The translations under genes and the position numbers were made by a program. A stretch of DNA of 64,000 nt from an uncultured Acidimicrobiia bacterium (GTDB lineage Bacteria > Actinomycetota > Acidimicrobiia > Spongiisociales > ZC4RG35): contig CAVXIT010000001.1 in the NCBI GenBank assembly GCA_963761985.1, positions 52,003-116,002 of the forward strand, given 5' to 3'. Shown in pieces: positions 1 through 10,752 of this stretch; within the stretch, counting starts at the first letter, position 1, and each line of letters opens with the position of its first letter. The notes under the pieces are model-generated. The model did no database searches and was not told where the DNA came from. It saw nothing but the letters and a program-made list of their open reading frames with translations.

Positions 1-36
1 CACCCTCACCCCCTTCGAGCGCTAAATAGAAGCCAC

Positions 37-1461
37 TCATTCGGCGGGACCTTGAGGGGTCGGCCGGGTCTCGCTGTCAGCCTGGCGATCGCCCCTCATC
101 CAGGTGATGGCATTGGAGGCATCGGCCAGAGTGCTGAGCTGCTCGGAGCTGAAATGAGCCCTTAGCTCGCTTCTCGCCGCCCAGAGGACGCTGCCTCCAA
201 CCAGAAGCACGACGAGGCCACCCAGCACGATGACTGCTCTGATCCCCTCGTTGAGCTCACCCACGAGGACGCCGTCCAATGTGGCCGCACCTACCCCGGC
301 GAGGGCGAACGAAATCAGAAGAGCCACCCGGGCAAAAGCAAACATGGCGGCAAATGTCCGCCCCCGTAACCGGTCCTCAACGGTGGCGTGCAACTCGGTG
401 AAGCCGCAGACATAGGCCACGCCCGTGCCCAATCCGGTCACAAACGTCCAGGCTGCGGCGCCGGTGACGGTGTTCCTGAATCCGGTGAAGATGATGGCGA
501 GCCCGGTTGCCACGAGGGCGAGGGCAAAGACCAATGGGCGTCGTGTGTTCATCGTGCCGAGGATCGTCATCCCGAGCATGCCGACGCCGACCCCGACGCC
601 GAGCGCCGTCACGATCAACCCATAGCCGGCGTCGGAGGCTCGCAACACTTGTTCGGCAAAAGGCTGACCGATCACGAACAATGCTCCGCCGCCGAATAGG
701 CCGGCCGCCATTCCCAGAATCATTCGGCGAATCGGACCACTCCCGGCCACGAAGCGAAAGCCTTCCATCATGTCTCGCAGCGGCGCTCTGAGGTCGACGC
801 GGCTGCGAGCTTTGCGCTCCTCCGAAAGAGATGCGGACGGTATCGGAGTGAAGAAGACAATCGCCGCCGAGACGAGGAAGGTGACCGAGTTCAAGGCAAA
901 GGCGGCGCCAATCGAGGAGCCGAATGTGCCGAACGGAGGGAGCAGCGAACCGATTTGGGTGAGCCCGGCAAAGAGCGCGGAGCCAATCGGCGCAGTCCCA
1001 TAGTTGGAAAGTAGGGAGAGCCCATTGGCCGCCAGCAGTTGATGCTCAGCGATGAGCGACGGCACAACCGCTTCTCGAGCTGGTTGGCGCATCATCGAGA
1101 GGAGCTCGGTGACGAAGGTGAGCAGGAAGAGCTCACGGAAATTGCTGACGAAGATGAAGCCGATAGCCAGGACCGCCCGCCCAATGTCGGCGACGAGCAT
1201 GGTGGCCTTGCGACTGAACCGATCAGCCAGCACACCCCCCACGAAGCCGAACGCCAGGGCAGGGAGGATCCGGCCCACCAGGGGGACCAGGATGCCGAGG
1301 CTGGCTGCGGATCCTCCGCCAGAAATCCGGGCGGCTAGGGCAAAACTCGCAAAAAGGGCTACCCAATCGCCCAACGATGCGACAGCTTGTGACCACCAAA
1401 GTCGGGCAAACGGCCCTTTTCGGATCAGGTCCCGGCTTCGAAGTTGGAAATCAGATGTCAC
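37..1461 (-). CDS. MFS transporter (GTG start)
   Basis: 474 aa ORF, 12+ TM-like hydrophobic segments, MFS-like N-terminus (LWWSQAVASLGDW...); GTG start verified from reverse complement at 1459-1461. Confidence 0.8.
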   Translation of the reverse strand: MTSDFQLRSRDLIRKGPFARLWWSQAVASLGDWVALFASFALAARISGGGSAASLGILVPLVGRILPALAFGFVGGVLADRFSRKATMLVADIGRAVLAIGFIFVSNFRELFLLTFVTELLSMMRQPAREAVVPSLIAEHQLLAANGLSLLSNYGTAPIGSALFAGLTQIGSLLPPFGTFGSSIGAAFALNSVTFLVSAAIVFFTPIPSASLSEERKARSRVDLRAPLRDMMEGFRFVAGSGPIRRMILGMAAGLFGGGALFVIGQPFAEQVLRASDAGYGLIVTALGVGVGVGMLGMTILGTMNTRRPLVFALALVATGLAIIFTGFRNTVTGAAAWTFVTGLGTGVAYVCGFTELHATVEDRLRGRTFAAMFAFARVALLISFALAGVGAATLDGVLVGELNEGIRAVIVLGGLVVLLVGGSVLWAARSELRAHFSSEQLSTLADASNAITWMRGDRQADSETRPTPQGPAE

Positions 1462-1532
1462 CGGAATGAGGTTTTGAGAGGTTGAATTGACAGTCTCGCC
1501 TAGACGCTAGACAGTGAATTGCCCGTAGATCT

Positions 1533-4161
1533 ATGAAACTCATCATCGTCGAATCGCCGGCCAAGGCCCGCACCATTTCCCGCTTCCTGGGCTCAGGTGT
1601 GGCCGTCGAGGCTTCGATGGGCCATGTCCGAGACCTCGAAACCAAGGGGCTCGGAGTGGATGTGGACGCCGGGTTCGTTCCCTCCTATGTCATTCCTCCG
1701 AACAAACAGGCAGTAATCAAGAAGCTCCGCGAGGCTTTGAAGAAGGCCGACGAGTTGTACCTGGCGACTGATGAGGATCGTGAGGGCGAATCAATCGCCT
1801 GGCATCTAACTCAAGTCCTCAAGCCCAAAGTCAACGTGAAGCGAATGGTGTTTCACGAAATCACCGAGCCGGCGATTCAGGGCGCCTTTGCCTCCCCGCG
1901 GGACATCGATCGCAAGCTCGTCGACGCACAAGAAGCCCGACGAATACTTGACCGGCTCTACGGATACGGAGTGTCGCCAGTGTTGTGGCGGCGAGTAAGA
2001 CAAGGTCTTTCGGCGGGACGGGTGCAAAGTGTGGCGATCCGGATCGTGGTCGAACGAGAGCGCGAGCGGATTGCCTTTGTCACAGCCGGCTATTGGGACC
2101 TCGAGGCCACGCTTGTCAAAGGCGACTCGGCCCCGTTTTCGGCGACGCTGGTGCAACTTGATGGAGCAAGAGTCGCAACCGGCTCCGATTTCGATTCCAG
2201 CGGGAGGATGGCCACCGAGAAAGCCGTAGTTCTTGACGAACCGGCGGCCAGGCAACTATCTGCCGAGCTCGAGAAGTCCGACTTCTCGGTGCGCGACGTC
2301 GAGACCAAGCCTTATCGACGAAGTCCCTATCCCCCGTTCCGCACCTCGACCTTGCAACAAGAGGCAGGCCGCAAGTTCCGCTTTTCCGCTTCCCGCACGA
2401 TGTCGGTCGCGCAGCGACTCTACGAATCGGGATACATCACCTACATGCGCACTGATTCGACCGCGTTGTCCGAATCTGCGGTGGCGGCGGCCCGAGCCCA
2501 AATCGGCTCGCTTTTCGGAGCCGAGTATCTGCCAGAGAAAGCGCGCAGCTATGCCAACAAGGTGAAGAACGCGCAAGAGGCCCACGAGGCGATTCGACCG
2601 GCCGGCGAGACGTTCCGCACTCCCGAGCAAGTCGGCCGGGAAGTGAGCGACGACGAGGCCCGGGTTTATGAGCTCATTTGGAAGCGGACCATGGCGTCGC
2701 AAATGAAGGACGCTCTCGGCGAGTCGATGTCAGTTCGGCTGGGGGCCATCTCTTCGAACGGGGCCGATGCCGAATTTGCAGCCAGTGGCCGCACCATCAC
2801 ATTCCCGGGCTTCCTGCGGGCTTACGTCGAGGGCAGCGACGACCCCGAAGCGGCACTGGACGATCAGGAGACTCCGTTGCCTTCCCTGCGCGAACGGTGA
2901 CGCGCTCGACCTGCAGAGCCTTGAGGCATTGGGTCATAGCACCAAACCGCCCGCTCGCTTCACCGAGGCGTCGCTCGTCCGGCGCCTGGAGGAATTGGGA
3001 GTCGGGCGCCCATCCACCTACGCCTCCATCCTGAGCACGATCAAAGATCGAGGGTATGTCTGGACCAAAGGGCAGGCGCTGGTTCCGACTTTCACTGCGT
3101 TCTCCGTGGTCAGCCTGCTCGAAGAGAATTTCGAGAACCTGGTCGACTACGCCTTCACCGCCCGGATGGAAGACGATCTCGATCGGATCGCAGAGGGAGA
3201 GGAACAAACCGTTCCCTGGCTAACGCGCTTCTACCTCGGACCGGAGGGGTTGCACCAACAAATCGAAGATCGCCTCTCCGAAATCGACGCCCGCGAGATC
3301 AACTCGATTCCGCTGGGGATGGATGAGAACGGACGTCCGGTCGTCATCCGGGTCGGCCGTTATGGCCCTTATCTCGAGCGCGGCGACGACCGGGCGTCGA
3401 TTCCGGACAACCTCCCCCCGGACGAACTCACGATGGAGCGTGCGATCGAGATCCTCGCCGAGCAGCCGGCCGGGGACAAGATCCTCGGCACCGATGCTGA
3501 CAGCGGTTTGGTGGTCATCGCCCGCACCGGCCGCTTCGGACCCTACGTTCAGCTGGGCGAAGCTGAAAACAAGACGAAGCCGAAAACGGCTTCGCTGTTC
3601 AAATCGATGAGTCTCGACTCGATCACACTCGATGAAGCGCTGCAGCTGTTGCAACTCCCTCGAGTGGTGGGCGCCGACCCGGAAAGCGGCAGCGAAATCG
3701 TCGCTCTCAACGGTCGCTATGGACCGTATCTCGACCGGGCCGGCGACACGCGGTCGCTGCCAACCGAAGAAGAGCTCTTCTCGATCACTCTTGATCGGGC
3801 CCTCGAGCTTTTTCGTCAGCCTCCCGCGAGACGCGGGCGCGCAAACGCGACTCCACGCCGGGAGCTGGGCACGACCCCCGAAGGTAAGACCGTTTCGGTC
3901 GGCAACGGTCGCTATGGGCCTTACGTCAGCGACGGCGAGATCAACGCCTCGCTTCGCACCGCCGACGACCCCGATCAGATAGATCTTGATCGAGCCTTGG
4001 AGTTGCTGTCGGCGCGACGCGAACGACTTTCCGACACCACCACGGTTGTGAGAAAATCGCGCGCCAAAAAGGCCGGCACGACCAAGAAGGCCGCTAAGAA
4101 AACGGCGAGCAAGAAGACGTCAGCCACCAAGAAGAAGGCCGTAGCGAAAAAGAAGGCATGA
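1533..4161 (+). CDS. topA: DNA topoisomerase I, split over two frames by a +1 frameshift near 2880-2895; Lys-rich C-terminal tail
   Basis: N-part 1533..2900 (MKLIIVESPAKARTISRFLG, Toprim, catalytic region) and C-part 2767..4161 (FTEASLVRRLEELGVGRPSTYASILSTIKDRGYV) are contiguous TopA sequence but sit in frames 0 and +1; actinobacterial-style KKAxKK tail at the end. Confidence 0.85.
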
Positions 4162-4162
4162 T

Positions 4163-4354
4163 TTGTTCGGCGCATTAAACGGAGTGAGAACGACTCTGGT
4201 GATAGGTGCGATCATCGCCTCCCTCCTGGCCCTGATCCTCGGCTATCCGATCGTGGCCGTAGTGCTGGGGGTTGGGATCGGCGCCCACGCCGCGCTTTGG
4301 GTCTGGCTCTACAAACAACGCCGCGCCACTACTTCCAATCAACTAGGGCAATAG
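4163..4354 (+). CDS. small two-TM membrane protein (hypothetical)
   Basis: 63 aa ORF, two hydrophobic helices, starts 2 bp after topA stop. Confidence 0.4.
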   Translation: MFGALNGVRTTLVIGAIIASLLALILGYPIVAVVLGVGIGAHAALWVWLYKQRRATTSNQLGQ

Positions 4355-5026
4355 CCAACCTTCCGGAGCCCACTGGCCAACGAGGGCCGCGGCCCGCTCG
4401 AAATCGGAGACGGTCGTGACTTTGATGTTGCGATGATCGCCCGCGACCACGCCAATGGTCAGACCGCTCGCTCGAGCGACCGTTTCCGCGGTATCGAAAC
4501 CTGGCTGAACTGATTGCGCGAAGGCTTCGACGAGTTGTACCGCGTTGAAGATCTGCGGCGTTTGAGCTTTTACCACTCCGGAAAGCTCGCGCAGCTGTCC
4601 ATGGGTGTTTCGGAACGTTGGTCCAGGATCGACGACGGGAATCGCTCCGCCCACCAACTCTGCCTTCGCACGACAGGCTTCCCACAGGTCGGCGGTGAGA
4701 AAAGGGCGGGCGCCATCGTGAATGCCGATCAACTCTCCGTCCTTGCATTTGATGGCGGCCAGGCCGGCCTTCTCGCTCTGATATCGCGTCGCTCCTCCCA
4801 GAACCACCTTCGGGTTCAGGTCGGCGAAGCTGACGAGCAACTGATCGAGTAGTGGTCGGTCCTCTTTCCTGGCCACCACCACCAGACGGACCGGGTGGTT
4901 GAAGGCTCTGATGGCTTGCAGCGAATAGGAAAGTAAAGGGGCGCTATTCAGGCTGCGGTACACCTTGTTCGGTCCCTCCCCCGCCCGCTCCCCCCTCCCG
5001 CCGGCGAGGAGGATCAGCGAGTCCAT
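4343..5026 (-). CDS. ispD: 2-C-methyl-D-erythritol 4-phosphate cytidylyltransferase
   Basis: LLAGGRGERAGEGPNKVYRSLNSAPLLSYSL motif typical of IspD; ORF extends to 5092 but the internal ATG at ~5026 (MDSLILLAGG) is the likely start. Confidence 0.8.
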   Translation of the reverse strand: MDSLILLAGGRGERAGEGPNKVYRSLNSAPLLSYSLQAIRAFNHPVRLVVVARKEDRPLLDQLLVSFADLNPKVVLGGATRYQSEKAGLAAIKCKDGELIGIHDGARPFLTADLWEACRAKAELVGGAIPVVDPGPTFRNTHGQLRELSGVVKAQTPQIFNAVQLVEAFAQSVQPGFDTAETVARASGLTIGVVAGDHRNIKVTTVSDFERAAALVGQWAPEGWLLP

Positions 5027-5030
5027 GACG

Positions 5031-6390
5031 TCACAGGATCGTGGCGGCCATTTCGGAGAGCGGAGAGCGGACCGAGCGCTCGAGGGTGACATGGCCGAAA
5101 AGCGATGAACCCTTGAACTTCTCGATCAGTGCCGCTGCTCCGCCAAACGGCGAGATATAAGGATTGTCGATCTGGGTGAGGTCACCGCAGAAGATCACTT
5201 TCGAGTCGCGGGCCATGCGGGTGAGGATGACCTTCAAAGTGGGCAGCTCGAGGTTTTGCGCTTCGTCGATGATCACGATCTCGCCGGTGATCGAGCGCCC
5301 CCGCAGATATGTGATCGCCGCCATTTCCAATTCATCCCGGGCCAGGAGGCCCTCGATCGCGTCGCGAGCGCCTTCCGCGCCGGCGTCGGAAAACAGGGCA
5401 TAAAGGTTGTCGTGGACCGCGGCCATCCACGGAGCGAGTTTCTCCGACAGGTCGCCCGGGAGATAGCCGACTTCCTGTCGGCCAACCGGAACGAGCGGTC
5501 GATAGACCGTGACCTTCCGATAACGACCCATCTCCACCACTTGTTCAAGTGCCGCGGCAAGGGCGAGAAACGTCTTGCCGGTGCCAGCGATGCCCATCAG
5601 CGAAACCGCCGGCAACGCCGGGTCCATCAGGAGGTGCAGGGCAACGGTCTGTCGGATGTTCTTGGGCTCGACGCCGAAGACCTTGAGCCCGTGGCTGGCT
5701 CGTTCGACCACGGTCTCGGGTTCGGTCTCGATCACACGGGCCAGGGCCGACTGGGAGCCGGCCCGGAGCACGACAAACTCGTTAAGCAGAAATCGACTGT
5801 CGGAAAGGGTGAGTTTGTTCTCGACATAGATGCGGTCGATGACTGCGGGCTCCACCTGCATCTCGTGAACTCCCGAGTGGAGTTCTTCGACCGGGAACCG
5901 TATCCCCGCGGTAGTCCTGAACCTCGACTCCTAGCTGCGCGGCCTTGATGCGGAGCGCGACGTCTTTGGTCACGAGGACCGGATGGTCGCCGGCATCGAC
6001 GAGGTTCAGACAACACGCCAGCAAACGATGATCCGGTGTCGATGGATCTAGCACGACTGGAAGGCGATCGGAAGCGATCCCGTTGAGCTCGATTCGGAGA
6101 GTGCCGCCGGCCGGAAGCGCCACCGGCTCGCGCATTCCTTCCGACCGCGAAGCTCCGAGCTGCTCCAGCAAACGGAGAGCCGCACGCGAGTTGGTGCCGA
6201 CTTCGTCGAGCCGCGCCTTCTTTCGATCCAGCTCTTCGACCACCACCATGGGCAGGACGATTTCGTTTTCGTTGAAACGCAACAGGGCGTTGGGGTCGGC
6301 CAGCAGCACGCAGGTGTCGAGAACGTAGCTCAACGATTCTCCTTGGAAAGGACTACTCAACAGGTTCACCGTACCGGCGGTCCATAACAA
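5031..6390 (-). CDS. phoH: PIN-domain/PhoH-like ATPase (PhoH2), split by a +1 frameshift near 5880-5895
   Basis: PIN part 5782..6390 (SYVLDTCVLLADPNALL...VVEELD) and PhoH part 5031..5861 (GIAGTGKTFLALAAAL, IIDEAQN, KVIFCGDLTQID) overlap in different frames; manual retranslation shows a one-base excess near cccGgtcgaa. Confidence 0.8.
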
Positions 6391-6399
6391 GCTAGGGAA

Positions 6400-6999
6400 T
6401 TACGAGTCGGCAGAACCACAAAGAGTGGCCCACTCGGGCGACGGCCACGGGCGAAACTGATTGCGCACCGCCCGCAGCCCGACCGCGGCCACCTTTACGC
6501 CAACTACGCGCGGATTGAGCTTGTGAATGTGGACTTCTCTCGCCTTCAAAGGGTTGCGGTGCAAGATCACGGCAGTGGGGATGGCGAAGAGTCCGCGTAT
6601 CGGTTCAGCCGGATAAACAAGGAGAACCGAGCCGGAGGGTTTGACCACACGAGCCATTTCGGCCAGCGCGGCATCGACATCGGGAATGTGCTCGATGGCG
6701 TGAAACGAAACCACCGCGTCGAAGGTGTTCGATTCGAACTGGAGCTCGGTCGCCGACATGGTTTGCACGTGCGGCACGATCGCGACCTTTGCGGCGTTGG
6801 GATTCAAGTCGATTCCTTCTGCGTCGACGCCAAGATCACGCAAGGCGCCAACGAGATGACCGCGGCCACAGCCGACATCGAGCACACGGGCGTTCGGCTT
6901 TGGTCTCACCCAATCGCGGATCAGGTGGAGGTTGCGTGGGTTCCAACGGTTGATCAGCGCATAGCGGCGTGAGTCGTAGCCACTTTCGGTCTGAGCCAT
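6400..6999 (-). CDS. class I SAM-dependent methyltransferase
   Basis: VLDVGCGRGHLVGAL glycine-rich SAM motif, 199 aa. Confidence 0.75.
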   Translation of the reverse strand: MAQTESGYDSRRYALINRWNPRNLHLIRDWVRPKPNARVLDVGCGRGHLVGALRDLGVDAEGIDLNPNAAKVAIVPHVQTMSATELQFESNTFDAVVSFHAIEHIPDVDAALAEMARVVKPSGSVLLVYPAEPIRGLFAIPTAVILHRNPLKAREVHIHKLNPRVVGVKVAAVGLRAVRNQFRPWPSPEWATLCGSADS

Positions 7000-7001
7000 C
7001 T

Positions 7002-8960
7002 CTAAAGGACCCCGACCAATGCCATCACCGCCCCGATCGTGATCATCGCCTTGATGGCGGAGCTCAGCGCCGGGCCGACCGCGTCTTTCAAGGGGTCCCC
7101 CGCGCTGTCGCCGATCAACGTGGCCCGGTGCTGGTCGGAACCGGCTCCGCCGAAGGCACCTGCCTCAACGAGGTTGTTCGCCGAGCTCCAGACCCCACCC
7201 GTGTTGACAAAGAACGTGGTCTGGATGAATCCCGTCAAGATCACAGCCACCAGGAACCCACCCAGGGTCTCGGGATTGGCGATCCCCAGGACCACGGGCA
7301 ACCCGAGAACCAAAACCCCCATTGAGAGCATCTCGCGTCGCGCCCGACCCGACACCAGATCGAGCAGCCCGGGCAGTCCCGCCCCACCCAACCGGACGGT
7401 GTCGATAACCAACGCCGCAGACCGCCCCACCGCGTTCAAGTTGAGTGCTGAGAAGACAAAAGGAAAAGTGATACCCAACAAAACCCCAAAGAGCCCCGGC
7501 ACGCGGGTCAGGTCGATGGCGTCGAGCCCGGAAACTTCGAGGAAGACGAGGAGCATTACGAGTGCCCCGCCGAGCGCACTGGCGGTTGCGTAACCCCGGC
7601 TGCTCGACGTCGCCGCATTGCCCACCGCAGTCAGACCAGCCACTGCGCTATCGAGCTGCTCGGTTTGTTCGTTGAGTGCCAGCACCCCGTGCCCGCTATC
7701 GGCGATCGGCCCGAAGGCGCCAATAGAGGCCCGGATCGCCAGGATGACCGAGGCGCCCGCTGCTGCCAGTAACAGGCCAAGCCGGCCGCCCGCTTCGTTC
7801 CAGGCCCAGGTCCCCGCCAGGTAGGCGCCCACAAAGCATGCAGCGAGCGCGCCAGCTGAGAAGGCCGCCGCTCGCATGCCCGCGACGATTCCTCCAATGA
7901 CGAGCGTGGACGGGCCGATTTGGCTCTGGCGAGCGATCTCTTTCACGGTCTTGTAGTGATCGGAGGTAAACCACTCGGCGACAAAACCGGCTCCCCACGC
8001 CGCGGCCGTACCGGCCGCGAGGGCGAGAAGCAACCCGAAGGGATGCGTGACCTCGGGACCGGCCATCGTTTCCAGTAGCCACCAGGCTCCGCCGATGATC
8101 ACTGCCACCGAGATGAGGGTGGCCAGGAGGAATCCGGTCACCGGGTTGTCACGACCAAAGCGAATCACAAAGACTGCCGGCAGGGCACCGAGGAGACCGC
8201 ACGCGGCAATGCCCAGGAGGACGTGCTCGAACCAAGCCGATTCCGGACCGACAATGAGCGCACCCAGAACCAGCCCTCCGAAAACAGACATGACAAATGA
8301 GTCGCCGAGGTCGGTGGTTGCTCCCACGACGCCCCCAAGGACGTCGCCCGCGCTGTCGGCGATCACTGCCGGATCGGGGGCAGATTCAGACGATCTCACG
8401 AGGTCAGCGCCAATGTCGGCCGCCTTGTTGTAGACGCCGTTGCCGATGCGCGTGAACAGGGCGACGACGGCGAAACCGAGGATCCCGTAGGCGAGCTGGA
8501 GGGGCTGGATCGCGGTGACTCCGATGAGAAGTGCGACAAGGACCACAACCGCGGCACCGATGCCGACGACCAAGCCGCCTCGCAGGGCCAGCTGCATCGA
8601 TCGCACTGCCCCACCCTGTCGCGCCGCCTCTCCCAGGCGAACGTTCACTTCAGTCGCCCCGGCCGCCGACATCCAGATCACCAGGGCAGCCGCGGCCACT
8701 CCTGTGGCATAGATCGAGACTTCGATCCAGCCGCGACCCGAATACCAGAACAGCGCTCCGCCCAAGACGACGACGGGCACCACGATGAGCCGCATCTGTC
8801 TCCGGAGATGCTCTGCCACCTGGTAGCCGATCTCCCGGGCGGCTCCGCTCAACTCACCCGTGCCCGAAGCCCGGATCTGGCCGTTGAAGTAGACGACAAC
8901 CACGGCGGCCAGCAGCGCGAGACCGCTTGCAAAGAGGACGACTTCGTTCACCGGCGCGAC
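7002..8960 (-). CDS. hppA: membrane-bound proton-translocating pyrophosphatase
   Basis: 673 aa polytopic ORF with the H+-PPase signature GDSAGDPLKDAVGPALSSAIKAM and NKAADIGADLV; ORF nominally extends to 9023, overlapping the polX 3' end, so the true start is probably an internal GTG. Confidence 0.85.
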   Translation of the reverse strand, partial: VAPVNEVVLFASGLALLAAVVVVYFNGQIRASGTGELSGAAREIGYQVAEHLRRQMRLIVVPVVVLGGALFWYSGRGWIEVSIYATGVAAAALVIWMSAAGATEVNVRLGEAARQGGAVRSMQLALRGGLVVGIGAAVVVLVALLIGVTAIQPLQLAYGILGFAVVALFTRIGNGVYNKAADIGADLVRSSESAPDPAVIADSAGDVLGGVVGATTDLGDSFVMSVFGGLVLGALIVGPESAWFEHVLLGIAACGLLGALPAVFVIRFGRDNPVTGFLLATLISVAVIIGGAWWLLETMAGPEVTHPFGLLLALAAGTAAAWGAGFVAEWFTSDHYKTVKEIARQSQIGPSTLVIGGIVAGMRAAAFSAGALAACFVGAYLAGTWAWNEAGGRLGLLLAAAGASVILAIRASIGAFGPIADSGHGVLALNEQTEQLDSAVAGLTAVGNAATSSSRGYATASALGGALVMLLVFLEVSGLDAIDLTRVPGLFGVLLGITFPFVFSALNLNAVGRSAALVIDTVRLGGAGLPGLLDLVSGRARREMLSMGVLVLGLPVVLGIANPETLGGFLVAVILTGFIQTTFFVNTGGVWSSANNLVEAGAFGGAGSDQHRATLIGDSAGDPLKDAVGPALSSAIKAMITIGAVMALVGVL

Positions 8961-10675
8961 CGGGCGAAGTCGAGAAACTGCTTCGTGTCCAGGGTGTTGG
9001 CCACATTCGCCGCCGCCGCCCAACCGCGTTGCGCATTGGCAACTCCAAACACCATCCGCGTGAGGTCGGACGTGTGATGGGAATCGGTGGAGATCACCAG
9101 AGTCACGCCGGCGGCCACGGCTCGTTTGGTCACCTCGGCCGAAGCGTCGAGCCGGTCAAGGGCGCCGTTCAACTCGAGGGCAACTCCGGAAACCGAGAGT
9201 CCCTCGAGCACCGCATCGAGGTCAAGTTCAATCCCCGGCCGGCGACCGATGTAGCGCCCGGTGAGATGTCCGATGGCGTTGACCGCCGGGTCCGCCATCG
9301 CCTTGAGCAGGCGCGTGGTTTGGGCTTCGGCGGAGAGGTCGAAATGCGAATGGACCGACGCCACCGTCCAGTCGAAAAGAAGGCGGAATTCTGGGTCGTA
9401 GTCGAGCGTCCCATTGGGTCCGATGTTGAGCTCGCACCCGAAAAGCAGAGTCATTTCGGGGTACTTCGCGTTGACCGTTCGAATCCGCTCCCGGTGCGCC
9501 AGCATTTGATCACGGCTCGATCCGTTGATCGCCAGGTCCTCGCCATGCTCGGTTATGGCCAGATACGAATAGCCACGGCCCGCGGCCGCCTCCACCATCT
9601 CCTCGAGGCTTGAGCGGCCGTCGCCCGACTGATCGGAATGGAAGTGGAGATCGCCTTTGATCTGCTCCAGGGCCACTAGCTCGGGCAAGGTGCCATTTGC
9701 CGCGGCTTCGATTTCTCCCTGGTTCTCGCGGATCGACGGTGGCAGATAGGGCAGCTCAAGCAGTTCGTAGATATCAGCTTCCGAGCGAGCTGCCAGCAAT
9801 TCCTCGCCGGCAAAGAGTCCGTATTCGTTGAGCAGCCAGCCGCGATCGATCGCCCGCTGGCGGAGAGCGACATTGTGTGCCTTTGAGCCCGTGAAGTAGA
9901 GAAGAGCCGCGCCGAGTTGCTCGGGGGCAACTGCGCGGACGTCGACTTGCAATCCCGAACGGGTCAGAATCGAGGTCTTGGTCTCGCCCGATCCGACCAC
10001 CTCGGTCGCGGCCGGATGATTTGCTACCGCGCTCATCACCGGCTGGGCTTGACTGGCAGCAACCACGATGTCGATGTCGCCGATCGTCTCTGCGAGACGT
10101 CGCAAAGATCCGGCGGGGATCGCGGACTCCACTCCCTCGATGGCGGCGAGCTCAGTTGCCAACCCGGCGGCGACCGGCATCGCCTCGGCAATGGGAGTCC
10201 TCCGATCCTTACCGTGCAGACCGAGACGGTCGATCGACCGGGCGATCTTCTCTTCCGTGGTTCGGCCGAGGCCGGGCAGCTCACGAAGTGCCTGCCGATC
10301 GATGGCGGCTTTCAGGTCGTCGAGGTTTTCAATCCCGAGTTCGGCTCGGATGAGCTTCAGCGTTTTGGGACCGAGCCCTGGGACCTTGAGCAGCTCGACT
10401 AGGGCAGGGGGATACTTCGTCCGCAGTTCCTCGAGCTTGGCCACGCTTCCGGTTTCGACATACTCCATGACCCGCTTGGCAATCGAGCCTCCCACGCCCT
10501 TGATCGCTTCCATGTCCTTCACGCTCAGCGTGGCGACGTTGCCCGGGTACCCCTCGATGCCATGGATGGCGTTCTCATACGCCCTGACTTTGAAGGCTTG
10601 GCTGGAGCCCTCGTCGAGCGCTATGAGCTTGGCCATCTCGGCAAGGACACCGAGAATCCTGGCATTGGAGATCAC
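8948..10675 (-). CDS. DNA polymerase X family protein with C-terminal PHP domain
   Basis: N-terminal HhH/pol-beta-like region; PHP motif [10 protein letters not shown]; 575 aa. Confidence 0.85.
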   Translation of the reverse strand: MISNARILGVLAEMAKLIALDEGSSQAFKVRAYENAIHGIEGYPGNVATLSVKDMEAIKGVGGSIAKRVMEYVETGSVAKLEELRTKYPPALVELLKVPGLGPKTLKLIRAELGIENLDDLKAAIDRQALRELPGLGRTTEEKIARSIDRLGLHGKDRRTPIAEAMPVAAGLATELAAIEGVESAIPAGSLRRLAETIGDIDIVVAASQAQPVMSAVANHPAATEVVGSGETKTSILTRSGLQVDVRAVAPEQLGAALLYFTGSKAHNVALRQRAIDRGWLLNEYGLFAGEELLAARSEADIYELLELPYLPPSIRENQGEIEAAANGTLPELVALEQIKGDLHFHSDQSGDGRSSLEEMVEAAAGRGYSYLAITEHGEDLAINGSSRDQMLAHRERIRTVNAKYPEMTLLFGCELNIGPNGTLDYDPEFRLLFDWTVASVHSHFDLSAEAQTTRLLKAMADPAVNAIGHLTGRYIGRRPGIELDLDAVLEGLSVSGVALELNGALDRLDASAEVTKRAVAAGVTLVISTDSHHTSDLTRMVFGVANAQRGWAAAANVANTLDTKQFLDFARSRR

Positions 10676-10752
10676 GAGCGAACGTTACGCCGCAAAGCTG
10701 CACCCTTGGATAGCAGCCCTTTATATTTGGGGCCGGTCGGTACCCTTCAGGC

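Noticed and set aside
1462-1532. Promoter call upstream of topA (a perfect TTGACA at 1487-1492)
   Set aside because: There is no convincing TANNNT -10 at 16-19 bp spacing, so I did not annotate a promoter from the hexamer alone.
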